NCBI GenBank assembly: GCA_043228905.1
Contig: JBHGNT010000734.1
Location: 1 to 16,594, forward strand
Length of the DNA: 16,594 nucleotides
DNA from: Azolla caroliniana
Taxonomy: Eukaryota > Plantae > Polypodiophyta
Reading direction: 5' to 3'
In this document: one piece after another, positions 8,853 through 16,594 of the stretch
How positions within the stretch are numbered: the stretch's first letter is position 1
How the letters are laid out: the number at the start of each line of letters is the position of its first letter
The notes under the pieces: generated by a model
Seen by the model: only the letters and a program-made list of their open reading frames with translations
What the model was told of the DNA's origin: nothing
Databases searched by the model: none
Translations under genes and position numbers: made by a program

Positions 8853-8919
8853 TCATTTCCTATCTGATATTTTGTCGAATCCTCTTGATCTTTCCTCTGC
8901 TTCTTTTCGTTTTTGTTGT
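8853..8919 (-). CDS. SAP30BP: SAP30BP-like exon 8 (terminal)
   Basis: atgcag|A CAA CAA AAA CGA ... AGG AAA TGA; QQKRKEAEERSRGFDKISDRK*. Confidence 0.88.
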
Positions 8920-11900
8920 CTGCATAATAAATTATAATAACATGCATTAATATCCTTAAAACTTTAATGAAAGCAAATTCAGAAATAGATAAACAAATGT
9001 GGTAAATAACATTTCCTTTTCCGTCAAAATCTAGGTTTCAAAAGTTCCCATATTTTCTTGAAACTTGAAACTCTTTCAAATCTCCCATGATAGTGTATTT
9101 GGTCAGAAATTAAGGTTCTCTCTGTTTCCTTTCTTTCAACAATATGATAAAGGAACCATAAATGACATGATAGGAATGGAAATTAATTTCTCACTTTTTT
9201 TCCCACCATATGATGAGGACCCAAACATAAAAATAACTACAGAATAATGTGAAGGAAACCTAAGCAAATAAATTTGCTACTTACCTCTGCATAGTAATAC
9301 CAAAGACTAATAGTGACTTACAAAAACCCTTTGAAGAAGAGACTTACGCAAATGAAGCATAACCTCCTCCAGCATTGGCTGTTAATAATGCCGCATGAGC
9401 ACTTGCTGCTGCCATTGCAGTTTTGGCTACAGGAGGTAGCGGAGCTTGAGTTCTTGAATCAGTTTCAAGCTGAAAAGCACATACATACATTAATTAACAA
9501 ATTGTGATTCTTGAATGAGCTTCAAACTGAGAATTTATATGTATATAAACATGTCGATGTATGTGTACATGTACATGAACTGGTATGTGTACAGGTACAT
9601 GAACATCATGTACATCTACATCTACATCTACATCTACTAATGATTAGCAAACCTTGTCCCATTTGCTCTTGCTTGACCGGCCCACGTTGGATTTTGAGAG
9701 AGCATCAGATACAGGAGCTATTACTTGATTTGCAGTGGCTGATGCGTTTATAACAGGTCCCCCTATAATTTTAACATGATTGTATAAGAACTTTGACATG
9801 AAATGAAATGAAAATTCTATTTATTTACAAACATGGAAACTCACCATTTTGTAAAGCAGGGACTTGTAAAATAGTATTTTTTGTTTTTTCCAGTAATGTA
9901 GTTTGTCCTCCTCCATGGATAAAATCAGCTCTCTGGCTCTGTTTCTTGGCTTGTTCTTTTCTTTCTTGCTCACGTCTGAATTCCAACACTGACAGTGAAC
10001 AGAATAATAGCTTTCATGCACTCATAACTTGTGAAAAAATTAAGTAGCATGTTTTAATCAAGCCTTCTTAAGAGGAAAAAATAAAACATGCATTTTTTTT
10101 GTTTCATTTGCATTCTCTTCCAAGGTCTGTACAAATCAATTTCAAATGCCACAATGTTCACATTAAAATATCTGAGAAAAACATCTCTACTTACACATGG
10201 TAGAATATGGCTTAATATTAAGGCAGCTGACCTAGTATGTCGTAGAAATCAGCTGGATTATATCCATGTGGATCAAAAATCTCCTTCTTGAAACAACTTC
10301 CTATTTGGTCGATCTCCTGATATTTTACAGCCCGTTGTAAGAAATCTGGATTCCGGTAACCCTTTGATTTGCGTAACACTTCATTGAAACTTCTCCCAGC
10401 ATTCTTTAGTGCTAGATATTTTGCAAACTTTTGCTGAGGTCAAGAATGAAATCAGAATCAATATTGTTACAGCATTAGCACAAACAACAGAAATGCAAAG
10501 AACAATTGCTTCTAAGAAACAGCATGAGTGAAAATAATTGTTCATACATAGTAATTGCTTAGGGTTTTGTGAATCAGAAGACTTAATTCTGTATCATTCG
10601 TAGAGAGGAGAGGATACAAACGATGAATTAATCTCCTATAATAAAACGTATGTGTATTTTTCACATGTAGATGCGTGTGCTTAATCAGCTACATTCATTA
10701 TGTCATACTTCTTGGGAAGGATACAAATAATCAACTGCTTCTCCTATATTAATATATGCACATGCTTCTCACATATAGATGCATGCACTTATTCAGATAC
10801 ACGCATATTTCGATTTCTGCATACTCAATCTACACACTAGAACAAATTATCTCCGAGACGAATTTTGTGCAAATCACTGCCAAACCAATGGAAATGAGGA
10901 CTTGATGTTTGCATGGATACCAGTCCGGGTTCCAGAGAGAGAAGTTATAAATAATGAACTTAGGGCATTGGGAGACTCAACAAAAATAAAGAAAGTCATT
11001 TTCTATTATTATTATTTCTGTCAACAGCTTCCAGTGTTTGGCCACCCTGAGTTCCCACTCAAGTTAAGAAACTTGACGCAATCTACATTATCCACATACA
11101 CACACAAACACATTGATCCTGTAATTTATTGTGAAATCACATGTCACCTTCTTGACACTCCCATGAATGATCCAAGGTCGGATATCATGCTGAAGGCACA
11201 TGACTGCAAAGATTCACTAAACCCCCTTCACATGTGGAATCTGTAAAAAAATCTGAGAAACACATTGATCCTGTAATTTACTTGAAATCACATGTCACCT
11301 TCCTGACACTACCGTGAATGATCTAAGGTCTGATATCATGCTGAAAGGACATGATTACAAATATGTACTAAATCCCCTTCACATGTGGAATCTGTAAAAA
11401 TCTCCGCAAAACACACTTCGCCCAATACTTAGCTTAATTTGAAGATAACCAATCACAAATTAATCTCGTCACCAGAAATCCATTATCATCATGATGGATA
11501 CCTGCCATGGTGATCTTGTAGTTCCCATGGATCCACAGAGCCTCAGATTTATGAACAGGCATGATGTCACTGAGGCTCTAAAATAGCTTTTGAGGAACTA
11601 TGTTAAAGAAAGATTTCTGAATGGAAATAATCTGTTGACCAACTATAGTGTAATATTTTGATATGACTCAATTCTAGTTGTATATAAATGTGAAGAATCT
11701 TCACGTGTCTTGGCAAATAGTTTTTGGCTCATTTAGCACAATGCGCGGATTGGAACAAAGCACTTATGTCATTGCTAACCATGTCCAAACACTTGTGAAT
11801 AAACCAAGTGAGACCAACAATCCTACGATATGAATCAGACACACCATTTATTGGTTATATTTCTCAGAAACTAGCTCAAAACAATAAGATAATGCATATC

Positions 11901-13704
11901 TGGGTTTTTACTCCCTTGATAAAAAAATAGAATCATAGATTCAGACACAAATGCAGGTTAGACACAGCAAATTACGACAGGAGGGAGACACATAAAGCTG
12001 TAATACAATGGCAGAAGTGCAATTTGGAGGGAACTGGACTTCAAACTATGATTTCCAGTTGACATTAGCAAACAATTCCCTCAGAATGTTTCCTCGAAGG
12101 TATTAGGTTCTCATATCAGCAAGTGTCAAGGACCAGATATGATATACACCTCTGGCACTAGATGCGCACAAGTAGCTATGTTTGATTTTTGCAAGGCTTT
12201 TTAACTATGGCTTTGGCTTTTTAACACTTTATTCGAGTAAATAAAATTCAGAGAACATGGTTAGTTCACATTGATTCTTCATAAAGCTAGCTGAGAATAC
12301 TACCGATGTTAAGATGGATATACATCTCTTAAACCTGAAAGACCTCTTCTATTGTACCCTGCATGGACAAATTGCATTTTTTTTACAACTACAATGACAC
12401 AGAACATGTTTTATTTTTTCTTATACCGAACTTCATAAAAAGCTAAACCATTTACCTGCAATTCGTCGGAACACCTTTCGGTAGGATGAGGAGGAAGAAA
12501 ATCGGCCAAAGGATCTATTTCAGACGAAATTGTATTCCCATCATCAACGTCAGCCATATCTATATCTACCATCGAATTAGTGATGATTGCGCGATCTTGA
12601 CTTATAACCACTTTCAATTCCTCAATCCTATCATCTGTTAGAGCATTCTTGGGCGTTAAGATTCGTCCACCAGGTGAAGTTATTTCCTCAAGAAACCCTA
12701 ATAATATCATTTGTTAGTTTGAGTAAGAACGTTATAGTAGAGTATTGTATAATGCAAATTGGTAAATGCATCAAGAAAGTCACCATTACTAGTCTGAAGA
12801 TCTAAGTCAATTGCAGCTCTTCCTGTGCTGAGGATCTCCACCTCCTGGTAACATCATGATGGAAGAATTAATCCACAAATTCATGAAAAAAAACACATGA
12901 TTATTATACCTAATTTTACATTTCGTGTCCCCTCTGAAAGCATCATAATAAAATATTGGGTTTAAGCGCTTAATTTCAAATATTCTTTTAGAATGCATGA
13001 TAAAAGGTTACCCTTAAACTTCAAATATTTTACATACAGTACCCTCCAAATAGGGACATGATGGAGAAGTCATTATAATGGTACCACTTAATGTCCAACA
13101 TTTATATCAAGCATCCCTTCAAATAGCATCCTCATGGATGAAACCATCAAAAGACATGCTAAAGGCAACATTAACCAGTAAAATTGAAATTGAAATTAGA
13201 CATGCTGATGGAGAAACAAATAAATGCATGGTATTATCATCAAATGCAAGATAAATGCATGTCTACTATTAGCTCTAAAAATCAGCATTTTCCATTTCTA
13301 ACAAAAAAAACACGGAAAAATATAGAGTCCATTACCTCGGAATGGGGAGAGACAGCAAGATCTTCATGTGCATAATCCACGATGATTCCATGAGCACCAT
13401 TTCCAAACCTATCAATAAATTCTTCTGAATCTATGTGCGATTCCGATTTGACATACGATTCTGATCTGATAAAAGATTCCGATTGAGCCCACAATTCAGG
13501 AATCTCTGAGAGTGATAGCATCTGAGAAGGTCCGCCTTCTGTGCGGATTTTTCCTTTGCCCTGTTCTTTGTCTGCTACAATCTCTTCTGATCTCACTTCA
13601 TCTGGGGCGTCCTCGTCGTCTTCTGTGTCGCCGTAGTCTTCTTCGTCATCGTCGTTGTAGAAGGAAAGCAGGGCAATACCTTCTGCTTTCCGCTTGCCCT
13701 GCAT
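8853..13704 (-). CDS. SAP30BP: SAP30-binding protein / HCNGP-like transcriptional regulator, complete, 438 aa. join(13704..13336, 12844..12784, 12697..12456, 10433..10232, 9988..9845, 9762..9653, 9469..9348, 8919..8853)
   Basis: N-terminal KAEGIALLSFYNDDDEED; HCNGP core DPLADFLPPHPTERCSDELQ-QKFAKYLALKNAGRSFNEVLRKSKGYRNPDFLQRAVKYQEIDQIGSCFKKEIFDPHGYNPADFYD; KSKWDK; C-terminal AALLTANAGGGYASFAQQKRKEAEER. Seven GT-AG introns with consistent phases; total 1317 nt ending in TGA. Confidence 0.93.
9348..9469 (-). CDS. SAP30BP: SAP30BP-like exon 7
   Basis: ttttcag|CTT GAA ... TTT GC|gtaagt; LETDSRTQAPLPPVAKTAMAAASAHAALLTANAGGGYASF. Confidence 0.9.
9537..9637. repeat. Low-complexity TACATG/TACATC hexamer repeats in SAP30BP intron 6
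   Basis: atgtatgtgtacatgtacatgaac...tacatctacatctacatctacatctac. Confidence 0.8.
9653..9762 (-). CDS. SAP30BP: SAP30BP-like exon 6
   Basis: ttatag|GG GGA CCT ... TGG GAC AAG|gtttgc; ends in SKSKWDK. Confidence 0.88.
9845..9988 (-). CDS. SAP30BP: SAP30BP-like exon 5
   Basis: tgtcag|TG TTG GAA ... AAT G|gtgagt; LEFRREQERKEQAKKQSQRADFIHGG. Confidence 0.9.
10232..10433 (-). CDS. SAP30BP: SAP30BP-like exon 4 (HCNGP core)
   Basis: cctcag|CAA AAG TTT ... CTA G|gtcagc; contains GRSFN...YRNPDFL...IDQIGSCF...FDPHGY. Confidence 0.95.
11106..11415. repeat. 152-bp tandem duplication (2 copies plus a few bases of a third) in SAP30BP intron 3
   Basis: aaacacattgatcctgtaattta...ccccttcacatgtggaatctgtaaaaa begins at 11106 and again at 11258; highly similar with scattered substitutions. 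Confidence 0.95.
12456..12697 (-). CDS. SAP30BP: SAP30BP-like exon 3
   Basis: tattag|GG TTT CTT ... TTG CAG|gtaaat; ends DPLADFLPPHPTERCSDELQ. Confidence 0.9.
12784..12844 (-). CDS. SAP30BP: SAP30BP-like exon 2 (61 nt)
   Basis: taccag|GAG GTG GAG ATC ... AAT G|gtgact; EVEILSTGRAAIDLDLQTSN; needed to bridge phase 0 (exon 1) to phase 1 (exon 3). Confidence 0.8.
13336..13704 (-). CDS. SAP30BP: SAP30BP-like exon 1
   Basis: ATG at 13704; MQGKRKAEGIALLSFYNDDDEEDY ... IVDYAHEDLAVSPHSE|gtaatg. Confidence 0.92.
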
Positions 13705-13711
13705 CCTTCAG

Positions 13712-13877
13712 AAACCCTAATTTTTCTGGAACCCCTGATTCTGGAAAACTATATGCTATATATATAGAAATGTGGAGACAGACAGACAGACAGACAGACG
13801 AATGAAGCAGAAATATACATCACATGGGCAAAAGAGGGAAAAGAGGATTTGAACCTACGACCTCCCAAAGAGCCCAA
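13712..13877 (-). promoter_or_regulatory. Putative SAP30BP proximal promoter/5' leader: telo-box (AAACCCTAA 13712-13720), TATA-like run (about 13758-13766), site II-like TGGGCT (about 13871-13876)
   Basis: Motifs read directly upstream of the ATG; telo-box plus site II is a known arrangement for plant housekeeping genes, but these short motifs can occur by chance. Confidence 0.4.
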
Positions 13878-13999
13878 GAGAGAGAGAGAGAGAGCCTTTA
13901 CAAACAAGAGAACAACCATGGATTGATTAGTGCTTACAGGGCTACATGGTGTTTTTTACAAAAAAGCAACTTCTAGTGTTTTATATCATTGCTCTGTTG

Positions 14000-14730
14000 A
14001 GTCTCTTGGATGCCCATTATCCAAGGTTGAAGAAGAATGGAAGTCGCAGATCTTAAAACGCAGTTCAGCATTCTAAATTGGTACTTGTCACAAATGTCTT
14101 CATTTGGAGAGGTTTGATTGGGGGATTGCCTTTGGCATTAGCTCTAAAACGTCGTGGACTAGTAACGGGTACTTACTTCTTTTGCATTCTTCAAATGGAA
14201 GATAGTGCTCATCGTTTTATACAATGTCTTATTGCTTATCAAATTTGGAGTTACTTTTCTTAAATTTGGCAAGTTTTATCACAGTGTTACTTGACGCCTA
14301 GACAGTGGGTGTTTGCACAATTTACACCGGTTGACCTAAAATCAGAGATGGAGATCGTTTTCCTATGTTTGAGGTATTGGGGATTGGTGATGCTATGGTG
14401 TTTTCGAAAGCCAAATTATCCATGAGCTTTCTTGTCATTTTTTTCAGACCATGCACTTATCTTTGATTCCATTATACATCCAAATAGTTTTGCCATTAAT
14501 GAACCAACCAGAGAGAGAGAGTTCATGCTATGATTGCAATAGAAAATTTTTGTATGGAAAGAAAGCATTGTTGAAATTGTGATCAAAATGTGCAGAGCAT
14601 TGTTATCAAAGTGCGATGCTCGAATATGAAGTAAATCGTAATGGAAGCAATGGCTCACATTGAGGACAATGCAATGGACTCGAATGTGTAGCAATATATG
14701 TGGGCTCCCCCAGCGAAGAATATGATTTTT
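14000..14730 (+). mobile_element. Decayed L1-type LINE 3' fragment (zf-RVT domain and downstream region); boundaries approximate
   Basis: 14078-14263 encodes FIWRGLIGGLPLALALKRRGLVTGTYFFCILQMEDSAHRFIQCLIAYQIW, matching the zf-RVT pattern FxWxxxxxxLPxxxxLxRRG...CxxC...ExxxHxFxxCxxAxxIW with the first Cys lost. Further downstream are ER-K (about 14557) and WAPP (14701) remnants, amid multiple stops. Confidence 0.82.
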
Positions 14731-16224
14731 GTAGTTACGCTACAACATTTCTGAAATAATGTATGAAGAAGCATAAGCCTCCACGTTTTTCCCATCATTG
14801 GCATTGCAAGCACAACGGAATCTATTAATCCATAATGAAACAAATGGGTTGCATGTAATCTTCAAAACCATTTTTTTATATCTTGCATTAGTTCTAAAAA
14901 AAGTATAATAACCATACAATATTTAGTAATTTATGAGGATTTATGTAGTGAACCTCATTTGCTAGAGAAGTTTATTTACGCTTGAACTAAACATTTGAGA
15001 CCTAAACTATTAAGCCCATGTTGTACGTAACATGACTCACAAAGACACTGACATTTCCAATGATATTGAAGAATAAACATGAGACTATGAAAAAGGTGGA
15101 ATAACATAAACCTTGTTCTAGAGTTTTGCCAAACACCCCCATGTGAAAAGGGACAAACCTTTAGTAAAAGAACTATAAAAGTTGCAACTCTTTATCTTTT
15201 TCTTGATTCTTATATCTTGTTCTCCTCTTTAATCTAAGTTATAGCTTTCTCTAGACCTTTACACCTATAATTCATTGAATATCAAGGAAATCAGGGTTAA
15301 ATGCTAATTAGCCAAACCTAATCGCTACTCTTTTTGTACGTGTCAAGTGATTTTCATAAATAATCAAGTTGTGGTTAGTGTTAGTATGAATGGTTTACTT
15401 TCATGTGTGTATGTACTTAACATATAGGCATTCGTGAAGGCTTAGGTTAACTTATTGATCAAGGTTGTATTAGTGAGATGAGAACGATAGTTCACGAGGT
15501 CATAGTTTGCAGGGCAAAGAACATGAGAGCGATTGAAAACTACTCTAATAGAGTATAACATAGCTTGAACCCCTTAAACATTCATGCGCCATGCCACTAG
15601 GAGATAGAACGCGTTCTTAAATCTAACTTCCTTCATTTCAATTCATAATTGCGAGAATGCAATGTTTTGGAGATGGGGAGTACGTTATAGGCATAACCTT
15701 AAGCCCTTCATAATGACATCTTCAGATGTTGTCGAGACTCTATTGGTGAGGCAATGCTATCTTCTTTCAATCCATTACTCACCAATATATAACATAAGGT
15801 AGTATTTGGTGTATGGGACACTTATTATATTTTATGCTCCTCTCATATCCTTCGGCATTTGGGGTGGTCAAGCACCCTCGATCAAATTCTTACCTCAATC
15901 TCTTGTTATATTACTCAACATTCGTTCAATCCATAATATCAAGGAGGTGTCAAGTGATGGATGGGGTTATTAAGGCCCATTTTAAATCTATTTTGCCATA
16001 GAATCAAATGCATGCAACACAATAGTTCCATTCATGTACACATATTCTTCTGATTGCCAACATGCATGGAGAATGTGGATATCTATTATGAACTGGTGCA
16101 AGATCCAAGTTATATGGGTTGTGTTGTCACCGAATCTTGTACGCCAATAACTCAAAAAACGAGTGGATAACAACTAGAATCTGTGTGTATATATCCATAC
16201 ATAGAACAAACACTTGTTTAGCAC

Positions 16225-16305
16225 AGCCTTAACTAAAAACCAATGTAAAAAAACCTATACAAGTAGCCTTAACTAAAAAAATCAATGTAAAAAAAACTAT
16301 GTAGT
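16225..16305. repeat. 40-bp tandem duplication upstream of ATG16
   Basis: agccttaactaaaaaccaatgtaaaaaaacctatacaagt / agccttaactaaaaaaatcaatgtaaaaaaaactatgtagt. Confidence 0.88.
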
Positions 16306-16471
16306 CTTTCTTTCACCAAAAGGGAAGAGAAGAAGAGAAGCCTAATTCTGTAAATTCTGCTAATATTAGTGAAGGCCTCCTCTTCCATATTCTTCTGCTT
16401 CTCCGTTTGTTCTAAATTTTTTTCCCGTGTGTGTCTGTCTGTCTGTGGCTTTCTTCCTTCTGCTCATAGCT

Positions 16472-16594
16472 ATGGCGTCCAGAGCAGAGGCGATGGCTAT
16501 GGCGATCGAGGAAGCTCGTTGGGCGCTCCGGCAACGGCATCAGGTCGAAGAAGCCGCCCATTCCCCCGCCTTGAATGCTCTGTCTATCGCTCTT
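16472..16594 (+). CDS. ATG16: Autophagy-related protein 16, N-terminus (continues beyond the right edge)
   Basis: MASRAEAMAMAIEEARWALRQRHQVEEAAHSPALNALSIAL matches the plant ATG16 N-terminal pattern (A)IxxALxALRxRHxxEEGAHxPAxxALS; sharp rise in GC at the ATG, good gctATGGCG context, CT-rich leader. Confidence 0.85.
   Translation, partial: MASRAEAMAMAIEEARWALRQRHQVEEAAHSPALNALSIAL

Noticed and set aside
10779-11246. 155-aa plus-strand ORF
   Set aside because: Antisense within SAP30BP intron 3, AT-rich, overlaps the tandem duplication, no recognisable motifs
11160-11345. C/D-box-like ATGAATGA...CTGA motifs in the 152-bp repeat
   Set aside because: They lie on the strand opposite the host transcript, box C is imperfect and the spacing is too short for a snoRNA
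15500-16175. Short ORFs of about 60 aa upstream of ATG16
   Set aside because: No recognisable motifs or splice-consistent structure; possibly old TE DNA but cannot be supported

Overview
Gene-rich land-plant nuclear DNA with GT-AG introns and many microsatellites; protein motifs hint at a seed-free plant such as a fern, but that is inference. Four protein-coding loci are visible. (1) The 5' five exons of a mitochondrial-type aldehyde dehydrogenase (ALDH2B) on the minus strand, running off the left edge. (2) An intronless 480-aa plus-strand ORF (7046-8488) that by eye follows the HtrA/Deg trypsin-like protease motif order, but appears to have lost all three catalytic residues. It also carries a Cys/Asn-rich repeat insertion and a basic NLS-like tail, and has a perfect 4-unit heat-shock element about 240 bp upstream. 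(3) A complete 8-exon SAP30-binding-protein/HCNGP-like gene on the minus strand (8853-13704, 438 aa), convergent with the ORF. (4) The start of ATG16 at the right edge. There are also decayed LINE fragments (zf-RVT, and a possible RNase H piece), possible MITE remnants and several local tandem duplications. The best candidate for something undescribed is the putatively heat-inducible Deg/HtrA-like pseudoprotease. All homology calls come from motif recognition, not database searches.
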